From: Mobula birostris
Lineage: Eukaryota
Length of the DNA: 64,000 nt
Reading direction: 5' to 3'
Assembly (NCBI RefSeq): GCF_030028105.1
Contig: NC_092395.1
Location: 17,266,424 to 17,330,423, forward strand
Position numbers and translations under genes: made by a program. The notes under the pieces are model-generated. The model was not told where the DNA came from. It ran no database searches and saw only the letters and a program-made list of their open reading frames with translations. Positions 11,942 to 24,815 of this stretch are shown here, piece by piece (the stretch's first letter is position 1; every line of letters begins with the position of its first letter).

Positions 11942-13624
11942 AACGCTGCAGCATGTTAGCACATTATGTACTGATTTCCCTATCCTCCATGTGCTCTTGG
12001 TAAATACTGAAATTGGTTTATTGTTGTCGGATGTATGAAGGTACAATGAAAAGCTTATCTGGCATACTGTTGACACAGATCAAATCATTGCACGCAGTGC
12101 ATTGAGGTAATACAAGGTAAAACAATAACAATGCAAAATAGTGCAACTACAGAGAAAGTGCTATGCAGGTGTGTAATAAGATACATGACTTTAATGGGCT
12201 AGTTTCAGGGTAGAATCTGCCCTTGAAACTAGTAGTACATGCTTTTAAGCTTTTGTATTCTGTGTCATGGAAGAGGGTATTTCTATGGTGGGTAGAGTCT
12301 TTGATCATGCTGGCCACTTCACTCAACTGTGATATTGTCCCCAATTATTAGAGGATCTCAAACCCTCCCCCTCCCCCACCTTTTTTTAAAAAAAGGTGTC
12401 CTTCTCCATCTGAAACATTGAAACCCTGGAATATTAAGCAGCTTTCCTGTTCCCCTCTCCCCTAAGTCTTTGTTAATGGTCACAATATCATTATCCATGT
12501 AATGATCTATTCTCTGACTTCAACAACCTTACCCATAATATTCCTATCATTACAATATACACACTTCAACCTGTCCATTCTAGTGTCCATTACCTCGTGC
12601 CTTTCCTACCTTTCTCTCAATTTCCCCACTTTCTGACTTAGTGTACTAGTACTCATCCCCCTAGGTGCACTTCCCGCAGATGTCATCATTAAGGAGACTG
12701 GAGTTCCCTGACTTTCTATCTCTTGCATGAGGAGCATTCCATTGTCCTAACTGTGTTCCTGCTGAATCAAGGATTACAGATGAATGACAAAATTAAAACC
12801 TTATTTGTTCTTACTTGTGATGCTTCATTGGAGCTTTTAAAAAAAAAATACTGCACTCTTTCTCACTCGCCTATGTTTGGTGCTGTTTACTCCACCACTT
12901 TGTGCCAAAGCCTAAGCTCTCCATCCACTCTGATACTGGCCACTCTACTTGACCCTAACTTTGTTGCTGTCTGTTAGCCAACCAATTATTAACTAACAAT
13001 TTGCCCTCTAAGGTCCTGCTCAGTGAAACTCACCAGCAAGTCCTAAAACCTACCTCTTAAATGTCACTCTTGAATAGTATAATTCATGATTTAAGATTAA
13101 GCCAGTATTTTCCAACCTGTAGCCACCCTGTTGCATTCACAGCATCTTGATTAGTCACGTCATAACCAAATAAATTCAGTGAATATAAACAGATTTTATT
13201 GAGATTCAAAATGTTAATCTTTCAAGACCTTTTGTAGACCTGTTCCATTTCCTTTATTCCGCATATTTTTGCCATGACTAAGTAACTTAAATTTTCCCTG
13301 CGCTTTTGCGTCCACATAGAAACTGGTGGTTTGGATAGATGCCAACTGCTTTTACCTGCTTGTGCCATGGACTCTTCTCTGTGCCTTTCTTTTCCTTAAA
13401 TTTTCAGTTAGAGTTCTTCATTCTGCTAATCTGGTTCAACTAAGGAAGTTAACAGCTTCAATTTAGCATTCCAGGATTTCTAGAGGCCATATTATGGCTT
13501 TTAATTCCAACAGTCCATCCTTCTGCCAGTCTTCTCACCCTCACAATGTCCCAAACTTTGTCCAGCATTTTGTATGTGTTGCTTGGATTTCCAGCAGACT
13601 TCCTCGTTGTTATCCTGTTGTTTC

Positions 13625-14542
13625 TGATCTTTGTGTTCATCAGCAAAAGTAATGGAAGACACTGTTAGGAAGGAGCTTAAGAATAGACTTGGGAAAGCTA
13701 GAAGAGGACCTAAGAAGGCCTTGGCAAATAGAATTCAAGGAAACCTGAAGGGATTCTACACATGAAGAATAAGAGGATGATTAGAGTGAAGGTAAAACTG
13801 ATCAGGCTTAGAGGAAATGCCCCTGGAGTCGGAAGAGGTAGGGAAGTCCTTGGTGAATACTTTATTCACTAGTGAGAGGGACCTTGATTGTGAAGTCAGT
13901 GTAAAACAGGCTCATATGCTAGAACATGTTGACATTAAGAAAGATGATGCACTGAAGCTTTTGAAAAACCATTAGAACAATAAATCCCCAGAGCTGACTG
14001 GTTATACCTCAGGTTACTAAGGGAAGAGATTCCTGCACCTTTGACAATGTTCTTTGTGTCTTCACTGGCCACAGGAGAAATACCAGATGATTGAAGAGCG
14101 GCAAATGTTATTCCTTTGTTCAAGAAAAGGGGTGAGGATAACCCTGGAATTATAGACCAGTGAGTTTTACTTCAATGATAGGCAAATTATTGTAAAAGAT
14201 TTGTAGACATAACATTTACCACATTTGGAGAAGCATAGTCTGATTGGGGACAGTCATTGTGTCTTTTTGAGTGGCAAGTCAGTCGTCACGAGTCTGATTA
14301 AATCTTTGAGAATATGAGAACAAATCGATGAAGGTAGAGCATGTAGTTTTTTTTTAATAAATTGTTTTTGTTACTTTTTCTATTTTTGTGAGGGGGGGGC
14401 TATCAGGAGAAGACAAATATCAGTTGTGTTGTACATGCATACTTTGACAATAAAATGAACCTTTGAGATTAGATGAGGAAGTGGAAGTGTGTGTTAGCAC
14501 ATAGCATGAAGGTTGGTGGTGTTGTGAATAGTGTAGTAGGTT
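13625..14542 (+). mobile_element. Decayed CR1 LINE (RT N-terminal part) with a short LINE tail inserted at about 14343-14467
   Basis: gcaaatgttattcctttgttcaagaaa..cctggaattatagaccagtgagt (ANVIPLFKK..PGNYRPVS-like). Confidence 0.75.
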
Positions 14543-14550
14543 TTCTAGGG

Positions 14551-15763
14551 CAGTGGTCCCCAACCACTGGGCCGTGGACTGGTACCGTTAAGCATGTGCT
14601 ACCGAGCGGTAAGTAAACAATATGATTTGGCGATATGAAACGATACGAGTCAGCTGCACCTTTCCTCATTCCCTGTCGCACCCACTGTTGAACTTTGATG
14701 CACGCAAGGTCATCAGTGACCCTAGACGTGCAAAGGAATGGGTCCGTGACCCATTTGTGAATGTTTCCAGTGAATCTTCCATGTCAGCACGAGAAGACGA
14801 TCAACTCCTTGAGCTTGCAAATGACGGTGGGCTGAAAAGTATGGTTGACATAACGTCTGTGCCGGCATTCTGAATCAAAGTCAATGCTGAATATCTTGAG
14901 GTAGCCACGAAAGCACTGAAAACGTTGCTTCCATTTCCAATATCATATCACTGCGAAGCGGAGTTTTCTGCAATGAATGCAACGAAAACTAAATTGCAGA
15001 ATAGACTGGATATAAGGAACCCCTTTCGAGTATCGCTGTTTCCCATCACCCCTTGATGGGACCGTCTTGTTGCAGGAAAACAAGCCCAGGACTCCCACTG
15101 ATTGAGCCATCTTGGTGCGTTGCAATGATTTTATATGTTCATACGAGGAAAATATGCGCTGTGTTTAATATCCAAACGTTACTTAAAATGTTATGATGTT
15201 ATTGACTTAAATTCAGTGGTCCCCAACCTCTGATCCACGAAGAATGCAGCGGTAGCTGGAATGCACCTAGCACATCTTTAAGAAAAAAGCCGAAGTAAAC
15301 AAGCTAATTGATTAGGTGCCGCCTGGCATGTAAATGTCGGTCCAGATCAGAGGGGATTGCCGATGCGTTGCCTCTGATCTGGGCTGGCATTTACATGCCG
15401 GGTGACACCTAATCAATTAGCTTGTTTACTTCAGCTTTTTTCTTAAAGATGTGCTGGGTGCGCTCTGGCTACCGCTGCGTTCTTCGCGGCAATATATTGG
15501 TCCGCGGCCCAGAGGTTTGGAGCCACTGTTATAATTGACTTATCACTACATTCATGGGAGGAAAATATGCGCTGTGTGTTTAATATTAAATTAGTTAAAT
15601 AAACCTCTTCAGAAACGAAATTGAGTGTATTAACCACTTATAACTGACTTATCACCTATATTCCGGTCGTGATTAACACCCCCCACCCACCAGGTCGGCC
15701 GGTCCGCAAGAATATTGTCAATATTAAAGCAGTCTGCGGTGCAAAAAAGGTTGGGGACCCCTG
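14551..15763 (+). mobile_element. hAT Charlie/MER1-like non-autonomous transposon
   Basis: Exact 8-bp TSD ttctaggg (14543-50, 15764-71); TIR cagtggtccccaacc/ggttggggacccctg; C-terminal transposase remnant EWVRDPF..QLLELAND..KALKTLLPFP..KTKLQNRLD..KQAQDSH. Confidence 0.93.
15214..15528. mobile_element. Palindromic hAT MITE nested in the Charlie element
   Basis: Same TIR type (cagtggtccccaacctc/gaggtttggagccactg); interior is an inverted repeat of about 110 bp per arm. Confidence 0.85.
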
Positions 15764-15962
15764 TTCTAGGGACACCCCATACATGGCAATGTACACCAGA
15801 TGAATTCCTCTGTCAATTACTATTAAGAACTAAAACACAGTTTTGTAGTACTGTAGTAGGATTGGTACTGTTTTAATTTGTTCTGTATTTCATTTAAATA
15901 CACAATTTGTTACTCAGTTAAACAGTAGTTTGCCATTTTTATATCTTTCAACTATTTCACCT

Positions 15963-16995
15963 ACAATTTCCCTACAATTCGCCTACTGACGCAACCAATT
16001 GACAGATGATGCAACAACCATTACTCTACGTACTGTCCTTACACATCTGAAGAAGAAGGATGCTTATGTGAGAATGCTGTTCTTGGACTACAGTTCAGCA
16101 TTCAACACCATAATTCCATCCAGGCTCAACAAGAAGCGCAGAGACCTTGGCCTTGACCCTGCCTTGTGCAACTGGATCCTGGACTTCCTGGCAGATCGCC
16201 AGCAAGTTTTAAGAGTGGGCTCCCTCACCTCCAACCCTCTGACTCTCAATATAGGACCCTCTCAGGGGTGTGTAATGAATCCCCTCCTTTACTCCCTGTA
16301 TACCCATGACTGTATCACCACCTGCAGCTCCAAACTGCTAATTAAATGTGTCGACGACACTACATTGATTGGCCTTATCTCAAACAAGAACGAGGTGGCT
16401 TACAGGAGCAGCAGCATCCCTCAGCATCCACATCACCGAGGACCTCACATTGTCTGTACGCAACAGTGCCTCTTTCACCTCAGACATTTGAGGAAGTTTG
16501 GTATGAGCCTCCAAATCCTAAGAACTTTCTACAGGGGCTCCAATTGAGAACATCCTGACTAGTTACATCACCGCCTGGTATTGGAACTGTATCTCCCTTA
16601 ATCGCAGGTCTCTGCAGAGAATGGTGTGGACAGCCCAGCACATCTGTAGTTGTGAACTTCCTATGATTCAGGACATTTACAAGGGCAGGTGTGTAAAAAG
16701 GGCCTGTAGGATCATTAGAGAGCAAAGTCACCCCAATCACAATCTATTCCAGCTGCTACCATCCAGGAAGTGGTACTGCAGCATAAAAGCCAGGACCAAC
16801 AAGCTCTGGGGCAGCTTCTTCCACCAGGCCATCAGACTGATGAACTCGCGCTGAATTGAGTGTACTTGAAATTACATTGACTATTCTATTTATTATAAAT
16901 CACTATGATTGCACATTTAGATGGAGACATATTGTAAAGATTTTCACTCATATATGTGAAGGGTGTAAGAAATAAAGCCAATTCAATTCAATTTC
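15963..16995 (+). mobile_element. Rex1/Babar LINE fragment
   Basis: ORF 15999-16547 [44 protein letters not shown]; (CAATT)n tail; sits inside a remnant (about 15775-17075) related to the element at 56950-57641. Confidence 0.88.
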
Positions 16996-17664
16996 AATGA
17001 AAATTTGGCTAATTGGGGCAACTGCTCAATTGGGCCAACATGTACCTGATGTGTCCTAGTTAACCGGAATCCATTATTTGTGGTTGGTAATGTAACTTTT
17101 GGGATGCATTACATAGTATGAACTTGTGGTTGCACTGTGTTAATACAAAGCAAATTTGACTTAGTTACATCAAATCATTTCAAATCTAAATAGCAACAGT
17201 ATAATTTATTGCCAGTCAATATCACTGAGACTGAATTACTCTTAAGTGTGGAGTCTTATTTTTTTCAACTTTTGATTATTGAGAATTATTTTCAAAATAG
17301 ATGCAAAATTTCTGTCCAAAACGTGAAGTGATATAGGTAAATGAGGAAAATATGACCTTGGTAGAAATGGGATTTGGACCTCTGGGGGATAAGAGTGTGT
17401 ATGTGCATGCACAGATCATACTTGGTCCAACTGATTGACACAGCAAGGATGTTTTTATGTTAGAAGATTCTACTTTAAAGTGAAGATATTCAGTTATTTG
17501 TTTTTAATGTTAGCATAATTAATGGAGAAAAGTCTAAAAATGATGTGCATTTGTTACCTCAATAGATGCATCTTCAAAGTCAGTTATAATTTTATTTGCC
17601 ATTCTTATATTTGCCTTTGTATTTTCAAAATAATAGTGTAACAAAATATTTAAACTGTCACTAA

Positions 17665-17892
<228 letters not shown>

Positions 17893-18047
17893 TAAAAAGG
17901 GAAACAACTTTTATTATTATTGCAATAAAGTGCACGCATCTGCTAGCATGTTGCTTTGCTTGCCATTTAAAATAAAAGTCTGAACAATGCACCTCAATTT
18001 TTATTACTTTTAAGTAGTTCAATTTAAAAAAAAAGTGTGTGTATATG

Positions 18048-19023
18048 AAATGCAGACGATTGTGCTCTTGTGGCCCATACTCCGTAGGACCTTCAGACTG
18101 TCTTTACTGTGGCGGTGAGAGCATACAGCAGGATGGGGCTGACTGTCAATACCATCAAGACAAAAGTGGCTTGCCAATGGAGTACCAGTGTCCCACCCAT
18201 TCGACCTGCCTTCATTGTTGATGATAAAAAGCTGTTAGTAGTGCTATCTTTCAAATATCTGGGGAGCATTCTCTCTGAGGATAGCGACATTTACAACGAC
18301 ATCCAGCGCTTCATTAAACTGGCATCAGCTGCCTTTGGGAGACTTCAGCGTAGAGTCTTTCAGAACAGGAACCTTCGTCCCTCCACAAAGGTCGCTGTAT
18401 ACCAAGCAGTCTGTGTCACCACCCTCCTTTATAGCTGTAAAGCTTGGGTAACCTACAGCTGTCACATCAAGTCCTTGGAGCGCTTGCAGATAAGCTGCCT
18501 CCAGCGCGTCCTGGGAATTACCTGGCGTGAGTGGGTGCCTCACACTGAAATACTTGTAAAGACCAACTGCAGGAGTATAGAGGCCATGATCACCCAGCGT
18601 CAGCTGCAGTGGCTGGGGCACGTGATAAGGATACCCACACGTCGGCTACCCTGCAGAGTGTTATACGGCCAGCTACATCATGGTGAATGCTCAGCTGGAG
18701 GGCCGAAGAAGTGCTATAAGGATCAGATGAAGAATGCTTTAAGAAAGTGCAAGATCAGACCCGAGGACCTGGTGGATGTTGCTGCTGACCGTACCACTTG
18801 GCGACAGCTGTGTAGGGACGAGGTTCGTATCCTGGAGATGGAAAGAACAACCAGAAGACAGAAGAGAGCCAGGAGATATGCAGCCATGGTTGCCACCACT
18901 ACCACATATACATGTTCCACCTGCAATAGAGCTTGTGGGTCCAAGATAGGACTGTATAGTCATCAAAGATCTCATCCTTAAAGGAGTGGACGTTGTCATC
19001 GGATTTTGATGGACAACCAAAGA
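18048..19023 (+). mobile_element. RTE-clade LINE, truncated at the YADD motif
   Basis: (N)ADDCALVAHT, then ORF 18109-18981: FKYLGSILS..ASAAFGRL..TKVAVYQAV..QLQWLGHVIR..LYGQL..GGPKKCYKD..CSTCNRACGSKIGLYSHQRSH. Confidence 0.92.
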
Positions 19024-20171
19024 TGTGTGTGTGTTAAGATCAGTTGAACTTGAGTTTGCTCTACCACTAAAGATTCTGTCTGATCTGAATGTAACTTAAA
19101 CTCTATTCCTGTCTCATCCCAGTAACTCTCTCCAAGGTATCAACATTAGGACTAATACCATATTTTAAATTTTAAAAAAAAACTGTTTCCATGCCCTTTG
19201 AGGAAGTGAGTTCCAAAGACTCAGGATCCTCTGAGGAAAAAATTCAGTTTAAAAAAAAATGTATATTTTTTCAAAGTATGATCCTTAGTTTTAGATGTTT
19301 GCATAAGAGGAAACTTTCTCTTCATATACAATATTGAGGAATCTTGATGGAATGAATGGATTAAATCCCCTCTCGCTGTTTTGGATTCAAGCACATACAA
19401 GCATGTCTGTCCAACCTTTCTTAATAAGACATCCCACCCATACCAGTTATTAGTCCAGTAATACACATCTGATCTGCTTTCATAGTACAGTTGGCCCTCC
19501 TTATCCGCAAGGGATTGGTTCCAGGATCCACCGCGGATACCAATAAGCGGGGATGCTCAAGTCCCTTATTCAACCTGTCTCAATGCGGTGGACCTCAGGA
19601 CCCAGCGAAACCCCGGACCTTATTTAACCTGTCTCAGTGCGGTGGACATTAGGACCCGGCGGCAGAGCTCTGAATGCGTAGTGTTTCTGTTCACGAAAAT
19701 AATCACGATTGAAAATAAAGTGGAAATAATAAAGCGATCAGAAAGAGGTGAAACGCCATCGGTCATTGGAAAAGCATTAGACTACAGTCGGTCAACGATC
19801 GGAACAATTTTAAAGGATAAAGTGAGAAAGGCCCTGTCCGGATGAAAGCTATAGTTATTACTAAGCAATACAGTGGTTTTGGGTTTCCGATCCTCCACAT
19901 CAACCTGACATGGATGGAGAGTGCGCTCAGGAGCGGTCTGTCACTGGATCAAACTTGGGAGCTTCCGTTCCCGAGCCCGGCGCTGAAACATACGTTTCTT
20001 AAGTGTTTTATATGCATAGAAGGGTTAAATATATACTATATACTCAGACAAACATTTGACTATGAAACTAAATAATACCGGATGTACCTGTTTCGACTTA
20101 GTAAGAGAACTTCCGTTTTTTTCGATCCCAATCCACGTTAACCTATGCACATCCTCCCGTATACTTTAAAT

Positions 20172-20942
20172 CAGCGGTCCCCAACCACGGGGCCGCAAAG
20201 TATGCGCTACCGGTCTGCAAGGAAACGATATAAGTCAGCTGCCCCTTTCCTCGTTCCCTGTCATGCACTGTTGAACTTGAACATAGGGTTGCCAACTGTC
20301 CCGTATTTGCCAGGACATCCCGTATATCGGGCTAAATTGGTTTGTCTCATACGGGACCACCCTTGTCCCGTATTTCCCCTGCTAAGGTAGAGCGTTCCTA
20401 TGAAACCTTTCGTGCTGAAATGGCATAAAGCGAAGATGCAATTACCATTAATTTATATGGGAAAAATTTTTGAGTGTTCCCAGACCCAAAAAATAACCTA
20501 CTATATCGTACCAAATAACACATAAAACCGAAAATAACACTAAAGTATAGTAAAGCAGGAATGATATGATAATTTTACACAGCCTATATAAAGAAGAAAT
20601 AATGTATGTACAGTATAGTCGGGAAGATTAAGGCAAAACCGATTTATGGAAAAAAAATCGCTACGTATGTGCATGCACACGTCATGCATGTGCACACAAG
20701 TGCCTGCGCAAGGCTTCATGGTCATGGTAGTCTTTCTTGGGGTAAACACAAGTGTCCCGGGGATTTGACTGCTACTTTTGTCCCTTATTTGGGAGTGAGA
20801 AAGTTGGCAACCCTAACTTGTAAAAGACATGTTGAGGTGATTTTCACCCTACTTGAACTCGCACCCCCCCGGATTGGCTGGTCCGCAAGAATATTGTCAA
20901 TATTAAACCGGTCCGCGGTGCGAAAAAGGTTGGGGACCCCTG
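20172..20942 (+). mobile_element. hAT Charlie/MER1-like element nested in the Tigger
   Basis: Exact 8-bp TSD ctttaaat (20164-71, 20943-50); ends homologous to 14551-15763. Confidence 0.93.
20284..20815. mobile_element. hAT (Blackjack/Tip100-like) MITE nested in the Charlie
   Basis: TIR tagggttgccaact/agttggcaacccta; subterminal TGTCCCG repeats; TSD degenerate. Confidence 0.8.
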
Positions 20943-22579
20943 CTTTAAATCATCTCTAGATAGTTGTTATACTGCATTGCTTAGGGAATAATGACAAGGA
21001 AAAAAAGTCTGTAATGCTCAAACAACAACCGCTGGAAGAGCACTTCCAGGTTTTCTCAATTCGCAGTTGGTTGACTTCGCGCATACGGAACTCACGGATA
21101 AGGAGGGCCGACTGTATTATCATCCTCCCTTAAATAAGGACAGCAATAATGCACCCAGATGTGATCTCACTTTTGCGTCATTTCATTGAAGTATAATCTA
21201 CACGTGTATTCAATTAATTGAGCAGGAAACAATAATGTTTTTAGCTTTCTAATTGCTGACTGTATCAGCATAGTAGCCTTTTGTGAATCACACATTAGGC
21301 CACCCAGATTCCACTATTTGATTAGTGATTTTTCATCAAAGGATTTTTTAAAATTTTATTTTCCTGCCAAAATCATCAGTTGCACATTTTGCTACATTAT
21401 ACTCCAGTTGCCAGATCTTTGCACATTAGATCTGAACATTGGTTATCTCCTCTTCCCACAGGAAACAAGACACTTGCTCACTATTCTGACTTGACAAGTT
21501 AGTTGAGTGACTATAGCTGATGGCCAGTATTTCTAAGTTACAGATTTGCAGCTGTCTCAAAACAACAATAGTTGGAAATGAAAGCTTAATTACTTTGCTA
21601 ATTTTCTATGCACATGTGATGTTGGTGTAATTTTTTGACGACAGAACATGTAATTTTGTATTGCATTGCAATTGCTGGATCCAGAAAGTGATCTGAATAT
21701 ATTACATTACGATGTATTTTGACTGCGTTGTGTTCTTCTGGATCAGTGTCACTTTATGCAAGACTTTAATTCCACAATCTTGTTTAACTGAATAGTTTTT
21801 TTTTGCAATTGATAATTAATAATTTCCTCAAATTTGATTGGCTGTTTTATTGAATCACTGAGTAATTGAAACAGCTTTGGGGGGGAAAAAATCAGAGTCA
21901 ACAACATTGGCCAGACCTATATAGGACATTTTCATTCTTAAATGGTATTAGAGAGCTGTGGATATTTACCTTTGAAGAGTTCCACATATTTTGAAATGAC
22001 TGTTTCAGTAGTTATTATTTGATGTGATATCAGTATTTGTAATCGATTACTGAAGAAATTTTTACCAGATTTACTTGTGGTATGGAGTTTGATCTATACA
22101 TAAAGGTAGGTAAGTATTTATGGCATTATATCTCATCTTCCTTAATTATTTTGTCTCATTCAATTAGCTAAGCACAGAAATGTATACAACACCTGTAGCA
22201 CAGAGGATTAGCTTTTTACCCTGTAATATGTATAGCTAGAACAAAATATACTTTCAACGAATTAGTCTCCTGAGACAATGTAGGAGCCATAATACTAAGA
22301 TCAAAGCAAATTAGAATTTAATTTTTACACATTTAAAAGAGACTACCAATTAATCTGTGTTCATTTATCTTCTGTAATATACAGTGTACTTGCATTCTGT
22401 AATCATCCTAACTTGAACTGTAATCTTAAAACAAAACAGAATTCCACCTCTGCTAAATTGTAATATCTTATGCTTAGAAGGTTCTCCTTAGAACCTTAGA
22501 ACTCTTAGAAGGTGGGTATCATAATATGATGCAATTCACCCAGCAGTTCGAGAGGGAAAAGCTGCAATTGGATTTATCG

Positions 22580-24815
22580 GTATTGTGGTTGAGTAAAGGT
22601 AACTATAGAGGCATGAGAGAGGAGCTAGCCAAAGTTGATTGAAAGGAGACACTTGCTGGAATGATGCAGAGCAACAATGGCTGGAGTTTTGGGCCTGAGA
22701 GTGAAGAAAGACCTAAGGTCTGATTGATTTAAGTGCTGAGTCAAGGCAGTGGGGCCTAGGCCCAAGAACATATTGAAGAGGCAGGACGTGGTCAAAGAGT
22801 GAGGAGCGACTTAAGGTTTGGACAATCTAAGCGCCAGGTCAAGTTAAAAAGATCAGGGTGTCGGCAAGGCCAGTTTAGCTCGCTGCTCCACAAGGTTTAT
22901 CTCTGCACGAAACCAAAGCTCTGGCTGTTGCAACTAATGGGCTCTTGATTCAACTGCGGTGATGACTGGCTTCCTGGCTGTTCCAAATGTTATGTGCTTA
23001 TTTTTATTGATTTGTTTTCCTGCACAATAGGTGTTTTGACAGTTTTTTAAATTGGTTCTATTGAGTTTCTTTGTTTTGCTGCTGCCTGTAAAGGTTGTAT
23101 ATAGTATACATACTTTGATAATATATGTACTTTGGACTTCCAACTTTATGTAGGGCCATAGGTTTAATGGGAGTGTAGTTTCACAGTGAGTGATCGGGAT
23201 AGTACAATGACAGTGTATTATCTGTTTGAAATTGACTAATTTATCTTTTTGTTCCTGCTCCCTAAACCTTCATTTTCCCACTGGTGAGAGAAGATAGATG
23301 GTCAGGAAGTTGTAACTCTTCAAAGTGTTTTGGTCAAAATGTTTACAAATGGGTGTTTGACTTTATGAATTATATTTTGAAAGGTTGTGATAATATTCTG
23401 CAGCTGAAGTCAAATAAAATGAAATTTCTGAGTTTCCAGGAGGGAAGAGGATTACCTTGTGCGGATTTGTTCATCTACTAATGTAGGAACCAGCTGCTAT
23501 TCCTAGCTTGAGTAACTGAGAGAATCCTTTGCTTAACACCCTGTGGAATGTTGCTTTGGCCTTGTTGAAGGATCTGCAAAATTGCCCAATAGTCAGTGTT
23601 AACTGAGAGCTGAATATGGACAGTGTCCTCTGGTAGTCTTGAACCTTAAAACATTGCATACTCTAAACTTGGTCTTGCTGACATTGAATAAGAGTTTGCT
23701 ACTGTGGCACCACTCAGCCAGATTTTCAATCTCCCTTCTATATGCTGATTCAGCCTGCAACAGTGATCCAGCAAACTTGAATATGGTGTTGGAGCTGAGT
23801 TTAGCCACACAATCATAAGTGTAAAGCAAGTAGAGCAAGGGCTAAGCACACAGCCTTGGAACCTGTGCTGATGAAGATTGACGAGGAGATGTTGTTGCCA
23901 GTCCAAACTGACTGGGTCTTCAAGTGAGAAAATTGAGAATTCAATTGTACGAGAAGGTATTGAGGCCAACGTCTTGAAGCTTGTTGATTAGAGACAGCAT
24001 GTAATATAGCAAAAATAAGTAGGAAGCCAAAGGATTGTGAACCCCTTAAGAACAATAGAAGGCAATTAAAAAAGCAAAAAGAGTAACAATGAAATATGAA
24101 AGTAAGCTAGTCAGTAATATAACAGATGATGCCAAAAGATTATTTGGATATATAAGAGTAAAACAGAAGTTAGTGTGGACTCAGACCGCTGGAAAATAAT
24201 GCTGGAGAGGTAGTAATCAGCTGACAAAGAAATAGCAGGTGAACTGAATACACCAGCCTTCACTGGGGAAGGTACCAGCAGTATGCCAGAAATTCGAGAA
24301 TGTCAGGGGCAGAAGTGAGTGTAGTCACTATTATTAAGGATGAAGTGATGAGGAATCTGAACATTCTGAAGCTAAAGTTACCTGGAGCAGATGGACAATG
24401 TCCACGGTTCTGAAAAATTTAGTTGAAGAGGTAGTGGCAGCATGAGAAGTAATCTTTCACTTGATTCTGAAATTGTTCTGGAGAACTGGAAAATCACAAA
24501 TGTCACATCACTTTTTAAGGGAGGGAGGCAAAAGACAGGAAATTATGGGTCAGTTGGCATTAACTTCAGTGATCGGTAAAATGTTGGAGTCCATTATTAA
24601 GGATGAGGTTTTGGGGTAATTTGAGGCATATGATAAAATAGGCTGAAGTCAGCATGGTTTCCTTAAGTGGAGATATCTTTGAAGAAGTAACAAGCAGGAT
24701 ATTTAGGTAAGTAGATGGATGAGAGGGGTATGGTGGTACAGGTGGAAAGGACTAGGTCGGTACAGACTGGATACACCAAAGGGCCTATTTCTGTGCTGTA
24801 GTGCTCTATAACTGA
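22580..24815. mobile_element. Patchwork of decayed LINEs (CR1 + at about 22580-22690 and 23995-24815; Rex1 3' UTR + about 22700-23145; Rex1 RT - about 23645-23990)
   Basis: [17 protein letters not shown] remnant; CR1 ANVT..GNY-like region and CR1 3' tail at 24700-24815. Confidence 0.65.

Larger units (their letters stand above)
8590..11990 (-). mobile_element. Decayed CR1 LINE hosting the palindrome and PLE insertions
   Basis: CR1 3' end at 8590-9107; CR1 RT-like sequence resumes at about 11200-11990. Confidence 0.65.
19488..21114 (+). mobile_element. Tigger/MER2-like non-autonomous element
   Basis: TA|cagttggccctccttatccg...cggataaggagggccgactg|TA; HTH remnant ITIENKVEIIKRSERGETPSVIGKALDYSRSTIGTILKDK. 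Confidence 0.92.
19030..21440 (-). mobile_element. Decayed CR1 3' region split by the Tigger insertion
   Basis: LYVLESKTARGDLI-like remnant; CR1-like sequence on both sides of 19488-21114. Confidence 0.6.
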
